From positions 124,248,001 to 124,312,000 of the forward strand of contig NC_086099.1 in NCBI RefSeq assembly GCF_963921235.1: DNA of 64,000 bases. The letters run 5' to 3'. Within the stretch, counting starts at the first letter, position 1. Each line of letters begins with the position of its first letter. This document shows positions 12,684-23,960 of this stretch, in pieces. The position numbers and the translations under genes were made by a program. This DNA comes from Mobula hypostoma. Lineage: Eukaryota. Under the pieces are notes generated by a model, which ran no database searches, was not told the origin of the DNA, and was given only the letters and a program-made list of their open reading frames with translations.

Positions 12684-14304
12684 TGTTCAGAAATGTACAG
12701 TCTTACAGAGGAAATATGCAAAGTATTCCTTAAAAGGTATTTGAAAATAGCATTGTAATGAAGTAACCACAACTTTCACCATGTTACTTAAAAGGAACAT
12801 TTTATCTTTCCTTGTCTTTGTATGGACTGTTTCGGCCTGTGGAATGGATCACACTCAGTCATTTTCAGATGCGAGAACATTGGTGGTGGAGTGAAGTAGG
12901 TTTGCTCAGGTTCTGAAACAAAAGCGGAAAGTTGAGTGTATTTTCATTTCTGAGTTTGTTGAATTTTTGTTTCACAGGCAATGGTATTTTGAGAATTTTG
13001 ATGACACATTTAGCAAGGTTATTTGTGGACTAATCCATGACATGATTGTGTTGTGGTGATGACAATCTCACACAGAGATTCTTGCTTTTCTTGTGGTCAT
13101 TCTATCCTGTGGAAGCTGCATTGGTCCGAATCTCAGTTTCATGCCTTTCTCTGCATTTGCCTTTGTCCTGCCTCTTTGGCTTGTAGATGTTGATAATTTA
13201 TCTTTCAGGGTATCTCTGTACACATAAACTGAAGCCGGTAGCTTTCCTATCAATGAATATGGTCTCACTCCATAGTTCTGTAAGATACAGTAAAGTTCTT
13301 GTTTCCGTGATTTTCTTTGTCACAAGATCTTTACCATATATACACATGTGAAAACTAAGCGTACTGTAAACTGTTGAAGAACTCACTGTTATCCCTCCTC
13401 AGTGCTAGCAAATCATCTAACGGTGCAGCGACATAGTACATTTTGTAGATTCTGACCTGACATTTTCTCCGGTGGGGTTCTTAATATAGTCATCACCTGT
13501 TACAAATATACATGATGGAGAGCACTTGGTAAACACACTCCTTACACACGCACACTCACGCGCACACTCAAACCTTGCCTTGTCATTCTGTTGTTGCACT
13601 GAGTGGATACACTTCACTGTCTTCCTCGGTATATTCTCATCATGGGGCCTAAACCAAGCTGATGCACTTGGGTTGTCTTTATGGTGCCTTTGCTGCTATA
13701 CATGATGGAACACTCCATTTCTTTAGCAACGGGGATGTGTAAGCCTGTAAACATTGTTTGTATACTGTATCTAAGGTCGATAGTTCTGTTGATTTTGTAA
13801 TATGATTCTAACTACACTGTGGGCTACATCAGATTCTTTGTTGGTAATTAAACATGAATTAAAGGGACTCTTAACCCTCAATATGAGAGACAGATAGGGG
13901 CTGTCAAGAGTTCACATTGGACAAGAATAGTACAGACTATTATTATGTTTTCTGGCAGATTTTGTAAATATTGGTAGTTTTCTTTTCACTAATTTTTGTA
14001 AGTTTGATTTTTGATGCACCTAATAAACACTCTTGCACTGATGTGCTAAGTGACTCCAGCCATTTTTTCCTTTGGTCATTACCCACATACCTAACTATCA
14101 ACTCTAATGTTAACACATGCACTCTTGGGTGCTTCCACTATCTTGAAGCCTGACATTGTGGTTGCTTGGCATATCAAACACTTGTCCCATTCCTGGGATC
14201 CACAGTTTTTCCCTTAACAGATGTTTCTTGATGTTGTTGTGAATATTGTCCATATTGCATTCCTGTAGTGACTCATGACAAAGCAGTTATCTTGGAGCAC
14301 AAGT

Positions 14305-14910
14305 TTTATGAATCAGGTTTATTATCACTGGCATATGTCATGAAATTTGATGTTTTGCAACAACAGTACAGTTCAATTCATAAAAAATTACTATAAATTA
14401 CTATAAGAAATATTAGACCATAAGACATAGGAGCAGAATTAGGCCATTTGGCTCATCATGTCTGCTCTACCATTCCATCATGGCTGATTTATTATCCCTC
14501 TCAACCCCATTCTCCTGCTTTCTCCCCTTAACCTTTGATGCCCTGACTAATTAAGAATCTATCTACTGCCAATTTAAATATACCCAATGACTTGGCCACC
14601 ACAGCCATCCATGGCAATGAATTCCACAGATTCGCCACTCTCTGGCTAAAGAAATTCTCCCTCATCTGCATTCTAAATGGATGTCCCTCTATTCTGAAGC
14701 TGTCCCTCTGTTCCTAGACACATATATAGAAGTAAAATGCTGAGGTAGGGTCTGGCATACATTGTCAGAAATCTGATGGTGGAGGGGAAGGAGCTGTTCC
14801 TGAAGCATTGAGTGTGTGTCTTCGGGCTCCTGTCCCTCCCCTTCATGGTAGCAATGAGAAGAGGGCATGCTCTGGGTGGTGGAGGTCTGTTAATGATGGA
14901 TGCCTTAATG
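14305..14910 (-). mobile_element. Rex1/Babar 3' fragment with a CR1 3' fragment (about 14415-14718) nested in it
   Basis: GTTTATTATCAC tail-side signature and GAGCTGTTCCTGAAGCATTGAG (complement of the RNSFFP region) flank an AGACCATAAGACATAGG-type CR1 end. Confidence 0.65.
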
Positions 14911-15139
14911 ATGAATGAACATGGTAAGTTGAATTTGGAGATTGTTGTGAACTGTGCGTTCAAATTCTAGTCTATATAGTGTAAATCACAGGAGGGCGCT
15001 GTTTCCATTTCTGTGATTGATGCTGTACCCACGGCAAAGAGTGACATTGTGTTTCATTGCAGCATCATTGATCTAGGCAGGGTATTAATGCTCACAATGT
15101 CTCTGCAATGTGGGAGGAAACTGGAACAGCCAATTAGCC

Positions 15140-15646
15140 TGTTTTTCAAATAGACTGTCTGTAGAGGTACGATTGAGAGCATCCTGACTGGCTGCATCAC
15201 TGCCTGGTATGGGAACTCTACTTCCCTCAACACTGGACTCTGCAGAGAGTGGTGCGGACAGCCCAGCGCATCTGTAGATGTGAACTTCCCACTTTTCAGG
15301 ACATTTACAGAGACAGGTGTGTAAAAAGGTCCCAAAGGATCATTGGGGACCCGCGTCAACCCAACCACAAACTGTTCCAACTGTTACCATCTGGGAAACG
15401 GTACCGCAGCATAAAAGCCAAGACCAACAGGCTCTGGAACAGCTTCTTCCACCAGGCCATCAGACATATTAATTCATTCTGGCACAACTGTATTTCTATG
15501 TTATATTGACTATCCTGTTGTACATACTATTTATTATAAATTACTACAAGTTGCACATTGGACATTTGGATGGAGATGTAATGAAAGGATTTATACTCCT
15601 CATGTATATGAAGAATGTAATTAATAAAGTCAATTCAATTCAATTC
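15140..15646 (+). mobile_element. Rex1/Babar 3' fragment
   Basis: IESILTGCITAWYG and ORF 15249-15509 (HKLFQLLPSGKRYRSIKAKTNRLWNSFFHQAIR), then AATAAA and a (CAATT)n tail. Confidence 0.9.
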
Positions 15647-15812
15647 CCGCCTTCCCCTTTGTATCCCTTCATGCCCTGACTAATCAAGAACCTATCAACC
15701 GCTACCTTAAATATATACAAAATCTTGGCCTCCACAGCCGCCTGTGGCAATGAATTCTACAGATTCACAATCCTCCGACTAAAGAAATTCCTCATCTCAT
15801 TATTCTCAAAGG
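15647..15812 (-). mobile_element. CR1 3' fragment
   Basis: GGCCTCCACAGCCGCCTGTGGCAATGAATTCTACAGATTCAC matches the other CR1 3' ends. Confidence 0.7.
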
Positions 15813-15969
15813 ATCTCTGGTCAACAAATTAAACAGGCAGTTAGCTAAGGTCAGGCTGTGTTAATGGAGAAAATGAGTCAATATGACAGGGATAATTTGA
15901 AGCAGAAATGGTCAGTTCTGATGCAAAGTAAGTAAGTTGAAAATTTAACAGGCTTTCTACCTATCAACG

Positions 15970-16095
15970 TCTGTGCAGTGAAACCAGAGCACCCCGAGGA
16001 AACCGACACAGTCACTGGGATGCAAACTCCACCCAGACAGTACCGACAGATCACTGCAACTCCACCAGCTGCACAGCTGCCCTTGCTAAGGAATG
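15970..16095 (-). mobile_element. HE1/V-SINE-like fragment
   Basis: GAAACCAGAGCACCCCGAGGAAACCGACACAGTCAC resembles the V-SINE core seen at 33350 and 49815. Confidence 0.55.
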
Positions 16096-16420
16096 TCATT
16101 TACAATGAAACGTTCTCCCAACTGTCAAACCCTATATAAAAAACTTTGCCGAGTTAGAGATGGGCAACATTATTACCAGTCACTGTTGAGTTTTGTCCCC
16201 CTTCAATAGAGGATCCTTGGTGAGAATTTCTGTTCTTTTTACTTGCCTTACTGCTGGGGATATAACACTGGACCACAAATGTTCAGAAGTGTTACTTCAT
16301 CAGAATTTTTTTTTTTGTTTATGATAGGCCACTTGAAGCTGAACACACATATAATTTCAGATTACTTCCATTGATGGATTCCAGTTGCCCAGATATTGTT
16401 TCTCCATGACCACAATGTCA

Positions 16421-18458
16421 GTGGCTGACAAGAGAAATTAGGGATAGTATCAATTCCAAAGAAGTAGCATACAAATTAGCCAGAGAAAGTGGCTCACCTG
16501 AGGACTGGGAGAAATTCAGAGTTCAGCAGAGGAGGACAAAGAGCTTAATTAGGAAGGGGAAAAAAGATTATGAGAGAAAACTGGCAGAGAACATAAAAAC
16601 GGACTGTAAAAGCTTTTATAGATATGTAAAAAGGAAAAGACTGATAAAGACAAATGTAGGTCCCCTGCAAACAGAAACAGGTGAATTGATTATGGGGAGC
16701 AAGGACATGGCAGACCAATTGAATAATTACTTTGGTTCTGTCTTCACTAAGGAGGACATAAATAATCTTCCAGAAATAGTAAGGGACAGAGGGTCCAGTG
16801 AGATGGAGGAACTGAGCGAAATACATGTTAGTAGGGAAGTGGTGTTAGGTAAATTGAAGGGATTGAAGGCAGATAAATCCCCAGGGCCAGATGGTCTGCA
16901 TCCCAGAGTGCTTAAGGAAGTAGCCCAAGAAATAGTGGATGCATTAGTGATAATTTTTCAAAACTCGTTAGATTCTGGACTAGTTCCTGAGGATTGGAGG
17001 ATGGCTAATGTAACCCCACTTTTTAAAAAAGGAGGGAGAGAGAAACCGGGGAATTATAGGCCGGTTAGCCTAACGTCGGTGGTGGGGAAACTGCTGGAGT
17101 CAGTTATCAAGGATGTGATAACAGCACATTTGGAAAGCGGTGAAATGATCGGACAAAGTCAGCATGGATTTGTGAAAGGAAAATCATGTCTGACGAATCT
17201 CATAGAATTTTTTGAGGATGTAACTAGTAGAGTGGATAGAGGAGAACCAGTGGATGTGGTATATTTGGATTTTCAAAAGGCTTTTGACAAGGTCCCACAC
17301 AGGAGATTAGTGTGCAAACTTAAAGCGCACGGTATTGGGGGTAAGGTATTGGTGTGGGTGGAGAATTGGTTAGCAGACAGGAAGCAAAGAGTGGGAATAA
17401 ACGGGACCTTTTCAGAATGGCAGGCGGTGACTAATGGGGTACCGCAAGGCTCAGTGCTGGGACCCCAGTTGTTTACAATATATATTAATGACTTGGATGA
17501 GGGAATTAAATGCAGCATCTCCAAGTTTGCGGATGACACGAAGCTGGGTGGCAGTGTTAGCAGTGAGGAGGATGCTAAGAGGATGCAGGGTGACTTGGAT
17601 AGGTTGGGTGAGTGGGCAAACTCATGGCAGATGCAATTTAATGTGGATAAATGTGAAGTTATCCACTTTGGTGGCAAAAATAGGAAAACAGATTATTATC
17701 TGAATGGTGGCCGATTAGGAAAAGGGGAGGTGCAACGAGACCTGGGTGTCATTATACACCAGTCATTGAAAGTGGGCATGCAGGTACAGCAGGCGGTGAA
17801 AAAGGCGAACGGTATGCTGGCATTTATAGCGAGAGGATTCGAGTACAGGAGCAGGGAGGTACTACTGCAGTTGTACAAGGCCTTGGTGAGACCACACCTG
17901 GAGTATTGTGTGCAGTTTTGGTCCCCTAATCTGAGGAAAGACATCTTTGCCATAGAGGGAGTACAAAGAAGGTTCACCAGATTGATTCCTGGGATGGCAG
18001 GTCTTTCATATGAAGAAAGACTGGATGAACTGGGCTTGTACTCGTTGGAATTTAGAAGATTGAGGGGGGATCTGATTGAAACGTATAAGATCCTAAAGGG
18101 ATTGGACAGGCTAGATGCAGAAAGATTGTTCCCGATGTTGGGGAGGTCCAGAACGAGGGGTCACAGTTTGAGGATAGAGGGGAAGCCTTTTAGGACCGAG
18201 ATTAGGAAAAACTTCTTCACACAGAGAGTGGTGAATCTGTGGAATTCTCTGCCACAGCAAACTGTTGAGGCCAGTTCATTAGCTATGTTTAAAAGGAAGT
18301 TAGATATGGCCCTTGTGGCTACAGGGGTCAGGGGGTATGGAGGGAAGGCTGGGTTCTGAGTTGGATGATCAGCCATGATCATAATAAATGGCGGTGCAGG
18401 CTCGAAGGGCCGAATGGCCTACTCCTGCACCTATTTTCTATGTTTCTATGTTTCTATG
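16421..18458 (+). mobile_element. Young 5'-truncated CR1 LINE (copy 1 of 4)
   Basis: Unbroken reading frame from about 16422 (WLTREIRD) to the stop at 18359, short 3' UTR, (TTTCTATG)n tail. Confidence 0.97.
16422..18359 (+). CDS. CR1 ORF2 reverse transcriptase, 5'-truncated (no APE domain) but stop-free
   Basis: The 557-aa ORF extends in frame 88 codons upstream. Motifs NYRPVSLTS, YLDFQKAFDKVPH, QGSVLGP, KFADD, RPHLEYC. Confidence 0.9.
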   Translation, partial: WLTREIRDSINSKEVAYKLARESGSPEDWEKFRVQQRRTKSLIRKGKKDYERKLAENIKTDCKSFYRYVKRKRLIKTNVGPLQTETGELIMGSKDMADQLNNYFGSVFTKEDINNLPEIVRDRGSSEMEELSEIHVSREVVLGKLKGLKADKSPGPDGLHPRVLKEVAQEIVDALVIIFQNSLDSGLVPEDWRMANVTPLFKKGGREKPGNYRPVSLTSVVGKLLESVIKDVITAHLESGEMIGQSQHGFVKGKSCLTNLIEFFEDVTSRVDRGEPVDVVYLDFQKAFDKVPHRRLVCKLKAHGIGGKVLVWVENWLADRKQRVGINGTFSEWQAVTNGVPQGSVLGPQLFTIYINDLDEGIKCSISKFADDTKLGGSVSSEEDAKRMQGDLDRLGEWANSWQMQFNVDKCEVIHFGGKNRKTDYYLNGGRLGKGEVQRDLGVIIHQSLKVGMQVQQAVKKANGMLAFIARGFEYRSREVLLQLYKALVRPHLEYCVQFWSPNLRKDIFAIEGVQRRFTRLIPGMAGLSYEERLDELGLYSLEFRRLRGDLIETYKILKGLDRLDAERLFPMLGRSRTRGHSLRIEGKPFRTEIRKNFFTQRVVNLWNSLPQQTVEASSLAMFKRKLDMALVATGVRGYGGKAGF

Positions 18459-18645
18459 AAACCTTTAACCATGCTCGTCACTGACAGAGCCTAGAATTGT
18501 AGGGAAGAAGTCTAAATGGGAATGTAGAAAATGAATCTTTAGAGACATATTGCACTTCATGGTTTTGTATGCTTAAAGCATGTTGTCAACCAGCTGCACA
18601 TAGTTTGGTGCTCTGTAGTTGCCAAGGAAGTTTTCCACAACATCC

Positions 18646-20232
18646 ATAGAAACCATAGAAACTACAGCACAGAAACAGGCCCTTTGGCCCTTCTTGGCTG
18701 TGCCGAACCATTTTTTGCCTAGTCCCGCTGACCTGCACACGGACCATATCCCTCCATACACCTCCCATCCATGTATCTGTCCAATTTATTCTTAAATGTT
18801 AAAAAAGAACCCACATTTACCACCTCGTCTGGCAGCTCATTCCATACTCCCACCACTCTCTGTGTGAAGAAGCCCCCGCTAATTTTCCCTTTAAACTTTT
18901 CCCCCCTCACCCTTAACCCATGTCCTCTGGTTTTTTTCTCCCCTTGCCTCAGTGGAAAAAGCCTGCTTGCATTCACTCTATCTATACCCATCATAATTTT
19001 ATATACCTCTATCAAATCATTCTTCTACGCTCCAGGGAATAAAGTCGTAACCTATTCAAACTTTCTCTGTAACTGAGTTTCTCAAGTCCCGGCAACATCC
19101 TTGTAAACCTTCTCTGCACTCTTTCAACCTTATTTATATCCTTCCTGTAATTTGGTGACCAAAACTGAACACAATACCCCAGATTCGGCCTCACCAATGC
19201 CTTATACAACCTCATCATAACATTCCAACTCTTATACTCAATACTTCGATTAATAAAGACCAATGTACCAAAAGCTCTCTTTACGACCCTATCTACCCGT
19301 GATGCCACTTTTAGGGTATTTTGTATCTGTATTCCCAGATCCCTCTGTTCCACTGCACTCCTCAGTGCCTTACCATTAACCCTGTATGTTCTACGTTGGT
19401 TTGTCCTTCCAACGTGCAATACCTCACACTTGTCAGCAGTAAATTTCATCTGCCATTTTTCAGCCCATTTTTCCAGCTGGTCCAAGTCCCTCTGCAGGCT
19501 CTGAAAACCTTCCTCACTGTCTACTATACCTCCAATCTTTGTATCATCAGCAAACTTGCTGATCCAATTTACCACATTATCATCCAGATCATTGATATAG
19601 ATGACAAGTAACAATGGACCCAGCACTGATCCCTGTGGCACACCACTAGTCACAGCCCTCCACTCAGAGAAGCAATTCTCTACCACCACTCTCTGGCTTC
19701 TTCCATCGAGCCAATGTCTAATCCAATTTACCACCTCTCCATGTATACCTAGCGACTGAATTTTCCTAACTAACCTCCCATGCGGGACCTTGTCAAAGGC
19801 CTTACTGAAGTCCATGTAGACAATATCCACTGCCTTCCCTTCATCCACTTTCCTGGTAACCTCCTCGAAAAACTCCAACAGATTGGTCAAACATGACCTA
19901 CCACGCACAAAGCCATGTTGACTCTCCCTAATAAGCTCCTGTCTATCCAAATGCTTGTAGATTCTGTCTCTTAGTACTCCCTCCAATAACTTACCTACTA
20001 CTGACGTTAAACTCACCGGCCTATAATTTCCCGGATTACTTTTCGATCCTTTTTTAAACAACGGAACAACATGAGCCACTCTCCAATCCTCCGGCACTTC
20101 ACCTGTAGATAGCGACATTTTAAATATTTCTGCCAGGGCCCCCGCAACTTCAACACTAGTCTCCTTCAAGGTCCGAGGGAACACTCTGTCAGGTCCCGGG
20201 GATTTATCCACTTTAATTTTCCTCAAGACAGC
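18646..20232 (-). mobile_element. 5'-truncated CR1 LINE
   Basis: RT in ORF 19012-20352 (YMDFSKAFDKVPH, KFADD), C-terminus 18719-19015, CATAGAAAC tail repeat. Confidence 0.95.
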
Positions 20233-20734
20233 ATTCCTTGAGTACCTTCCATGAGATTTTCTACATTCCCACTTGAAATTCTTTGAATTGCCTGTCGTTG
20301 GTGACCTGTTTGATTTCAGGACCAACAAAAATTGATTCCTTAATTTTGGCATCAGTTGTTCTGAGAAACATCTGTCTCAAATATCAAAATCCTTCATGGA
20401 AACTTATAGTTTTTCTAAAACCTGTCCTGCCAAGTAGCATCTGCTCTGGCTAAGCATGTCCAGGCACGCCAGGACAAGATGGGAAACTTTTCAGGTTGCA
20501 TTGTGGGCACCAATTTAATTGACTTGAATTATGAATTGAAATTACAAATATAGGCAATTTTTAAAAAATGATGCGTGATTGGGAAATTTCGTGGTGATTT
20601 TCATGATCTGCATCCCAAAATCCATAAGATACACCCAGAAGTATTCAGGAAGCAAAATCTTTGTTGTCTCGTGTAATGGATCCTCTACTAGTGAGGAACT
20701 TTAAGGGGATAAGCTTATAGATGTAAATAAAAAG

Positions 20735-20835
20735 AGCAGAGATGGGAGATAAGTCAAATACTTTTCCCATATTAGGGATATCAAAACAAGAGGGCATGGT
20801 TTAAAGTGCGAGGAATGAGGTTTAAAAGAGTTTTG
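20735..20835 (+). mobile_element. Decayed CR1 3' fragment
   Basis: AAAACAAGAGGGCATGGTTTAAAGTG resembles the TRGHxxK coding motif. Confidence 0.5.
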
Positions 20836-20849
20836 AACTCAGGTGGGTG

Positions 20850-21110
20850 GTGCGGTAGAGATACATTTCTACCAAAGGAGGTGTAAGGTGCTCCCTCCCT
20901 CTGCTAGCCTGCAGGTCACCCTTGGGCAAGGCGTAGGATCTGCTAAGCACCCCGATGAGGGTCATGTGAACCCATGGAAGCAGGTGGTGAATGATCGTAT
21001 GTGTAGCTGGTGCATATCACAAGTCCTGGTTATACAACCACTGACACCAGGTGTATGATCTCTGAAGAGTATTGATAATGACTGGGGTCACCTGTCTTAT
21101 AAAGACACTG
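20850..21110 (+). mobile_element. Non-autonomous SINE-like repeat, same family as 49208-49560
   Basis: Shares TTTCTACCAAAGGAGGTGTAA...CTGCTAGCCTGCAGGTCA...GAAGAGTATTGATAATG with the reverse complement of 49208-49560. Confidence 0.75.
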
Positions 21111-22030
21111 TGAACCAGATCCCCAGCTATGGGTAAATAGCCCCACTGCCTTGTGTTCAGCCTTGGGAGAGATGAAGGCTATGGTTCCACTCAACGTATG
21201 ATAGCCTTTTTGACTTTATTGGCTAAGAGAGCCATTTTATTGAAGTGGAAGGATTCTAATCCACCTACGGTCTTTTATTGGCTTTCCTCCATTATATCCT
21301 GTTTAAGTTTAGAGAAAATAAGAAGACGGATTTTTGATACATCCTTTAAATTTGAGCAAATCTGGTGACCTTTTATTCAATATTTTCATTTAATTTGATT
21401 TAGTACTCTTCCAATTTTTTTTCGAAGTTTTAGATTTGATCAGAACGTCTTTCTTTTTTTTGGTCGTATCCTCAGAGTGGATTGCACAGTCTCCTTTTTC
21501 TTTGTTTCTTTTTTTCTTGTATAGTGTAATGGGCTTTTTTTCTTCATTTAAAATTCAAAGCTTTTTCTTTCCTCCTTATGAACTGATAAGAGGAGAATTG
21601 CTATTTTCTTTTTTTATTATATATTATATGCTAGCTTAACACTATGTATGTTTTTGATAATGTCTATCTCAATCTCGGTTAGTATTGTTATTGATATATA
21701 TATTTGAGATAATTCTCCTCTTGTTTGCATTTATGTTCCTTTTAAATCAATAAAAAGATTAATTAAGAAAGAGATGAAGGCTACAGGAGTAAACACAGAC
21801 AGCAAATCCGGAGTGGAGACTCTGAGGCAGCTGGACGTCACTGAACATCCTCCTGGCAGCTCCTGCAGCCGAGCTGGTGCCAAACATATTGTTTCATAAG
21901 CTTTCCTTTGGACTATACTGGTGAGTCCAAGAGGGGGTCTTGATGATTGGGCATCTCAGGATCTCCACATCTTCCACCCAGGCTTGTGAAGATCATCATC
22001 ACTCATTGTCCTTCGAGACAGATAGATGCT
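21111..22030 (+). mobile_element. RTE-5'UTR-like non-autonomous repeat split by an L1 insertion
   Basis: Sequence is continuous across the duplicated AGAGATGAAGGCTA. ACAGCAAATCCGGAGTGG resembles RTE leader sequence from memory; family assignment is an inference. Confidence 0.45.
21182..21769 (+). mobile_element. L1-clade LINE 3' fragment with 14-bp TSD
   Basis: IAFLTLLAKRAILLKWKDSNPPT...LSLEKIR (vertebrate L1 ORF2 C-terminus), T-rich 3' UTR, AATAAA and short A-rich tail. TSD AGAGATGAAGGCTA at 21168-21181 and 21770-21783. Confidence 0.9.
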
Positions 22031-22203
22031 AACTAATGGATATAATCCATAAATTTTCTGAATAATAAACATAGCACAACCTTTACTTTGAAAAATTTTA
22101 GAGCTTCAACATATTGTGTTTCAAGTTGGTGATACCATTTATTGGAGCGGCAAAGTGAAAGATCTGCTTGCATTTATATGTTCTGATGTTGATACTGTAA
22201 CTA

Positions 22204-22870
22204 TTAGATTAGATTAGATTGTGAGGACACACAATCCACTTTTATTGTCATTTAGTAATGCATGCATTAAGAAATGATACAATGTTCCTCCAGAATGATA
22301 TCACAGAAACACAAGACAAGCCAAGTCTAAAAAAACTGACAAAAACCACATAATTAGCGCAAAGCAATACTGTAATTTGATAAAGAGCAGACCATGGGCA
22401 CGGTGAAAAAAAGTCTCAAAGTCTTTTAAAAGTCCCATCATCTCACACAGGCAGTAGAAGGAAGAAAAACTCTCCCTGCCATGAGCTTCCAGCGCCGCAA
22501 ACTTGCCGATGCAGCACCCTGGAAGCACCCGGCCACCGCCGACTCTTGAGTCCGTCCGAAAACTTCAAGCCTCTGACCAGCCCTCCAACACCGAACACCA
22601 AGCACCATCTCTGCCGAGCGCTTCGACTCCGTCCCAGCAACAGGTAATAGGCAAAGCTGTGGATTTGAGGCCTCTCCCTCTAGAGATTCTCGATCGCACA
22701 GTAGCAGCGGCAGCGAAAAGGGCATTTCAGAAGTTTCTCCAGATGTTCCTTCGTGCTTCTCACGTCTGTCTCCATCAAATCAGGATTGTGCATGGTACCT
22801 ACTTACAAATACGATATAATTTCGGTGCGGCCACATACGCTGCATCATGCCACCATCTTCTCCTCCCCTC
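22204..22870 (-). mobile_element. Non-autonomous retroposon with (TCTAA)n tail
   Basis: Minus-strand end reads GACAATAAAAG...(TCTAA)n, a tail architecture like the Rex-type ends in this window. No coding homology seen. Confidence 0.5.
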
Positions 22871-22960
22871 CCATTAATCAATTAATCAATCAGTCAAGCA
22901 ACACACATCAAATTTGCTGGTGAACACAGCAGGCCAGGCAGCATCTCCAGGAAGAGGTAC

Positions 22961-22996
22961 AGTCAACGTTTCGGGCCGAGACCCTTCGTCAGGACT
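22961..22996 (-). ncRNA. Minimal type I hammerhead ribozyme motif (GUU triplet variant)
   Basis: Minus strand AGTC-CTGACGA-AGG-GTCTCGG-CCC-GAAA-CG-TT-GACT. Confidence 0.6.
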
Positions 22997-23807
22997 AACT
23001 AAAGGAAGAGATAGTAAGAGATTTGAAAGTGGGAGGGGGAGGGGTTGATCCAAAATGATAGGGGAAGACAGGAGGGGGAGGGATGGAGCCAAGAGCTGGA
23101 CAGGTGATTGGCAAAAGCGATATGAGAGGATCATGGGACAGGAGGCCCAGGCAGAAGGAAAAGGGGGAGGGGGGAAAAACCCAGAGGATGGGCAAGGCAG
23201 ACAAAGCATAGGTGTTCAGCAAAACGATCTCCCAGTCTGCATCGGGTCTCGCCAATATATAGAAGGCCACATCGGGAGCACCGGACACAGTATAAACACC
23301 TACGCTCTGTCCGCCAGAGAAACCAGGATCTCCCAGTGGCCACACATTTTAATTCCACATCCCATTCCCATTCTGATAATGTCTATTCACGGCCTCCTCT
23401 ACTGTAAAGATGAAGCCACACTCAGGTTGGAGGAGCAACACCTTATATTCTGTCTGGGTAGCCTCCAACCTGATGGCATGAACATCGACTTCTCTAACTT
23501 CCGCTAATGCCCCACCTCCCCCTCATACCCCATCCGTTATTTATTTATATACACATATTCTTTCTCTCTCTCTCTTTCCTTTTTCTCCCTCTGTCCCTCT
23601 GACTATACCCCTTGCCCATCCTCTGGGTTTCCCCCTCAAACTTTTCCTTCTGCCTGGGCCTCCTGTCCCATGATCCTCTCATATCTCTTTTGCCAATCAC
23701 CTGTCCTGCTCTTAGCTCCATCCGTCCCCCTCTTGTCTTCTCCTATCATTTTGGATCTCCCCCTCCCCCTCCCACTGTCAAATCTCTTACTAGCTCTTCC
23801 TTCAGTT

Positions 23808-23843
23808 AGTCCTGAAGAAGGGTCTTGGCCCGAAATGTCGACT
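23808..23843 (+). ncRNA. Minimal hammerhead ribozyme motif, stem III palindrome mutated
   Basis: AGTC-CTGAAGA-AGG-GTCTTGG-CCC-GAAA-TG-TC-GACT. Confidence 0.55.
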
Positions 23844-23960
23844 GTACCTCTTCCTAGAGATGCTGCCTGGCCTGCTGCGTTCACCAGCGACTTTGATGTG
23901 TGTTGCTTGAATTTCCAGCATCTGCAGAATTCCTCATGTTTACGTAAATCAATCAGTCAA

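Larger units (their letters stand above)
22898..23946. mobile_element. Penelope-like element, head-to-head inverted insertion (about 1.05 kb)
   Basis: Left arm on minus strand (22898-23295), right arm on plus strand (23296-23946). GIY-YIG remnants (YCVRCSRCGLLYIGETR; LRLEEQHLIF...PDGMNIDFSNFR). TSD AATCAATCAGTCAA at 22884-22897 and 23947-23960. Confidence 0.92.

Noticed and set aside
13068-13740. Minus-strand short ORFs with LRFGPM and LGLGPM similarity suggesting a duplicated exon
   Set aside because: The similarity is only a few residues, the frames close with stops, and no family is recognised.
17273-18382. Recurrent antisense ORFs (MPPKWITSHL..., MNLLCTPS..., MADHPTQNP...) present in several places
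   Set aside because: They recur only because the young CR1 copies are near-identical. They are the expected antisense shadows of RT codon usage.
19012-20352. 446-aa ORF as an intact novel gene
   Set aside because: The first 40 or so residues are chance read-through from flanking DNA into a truncated CR1 RT.
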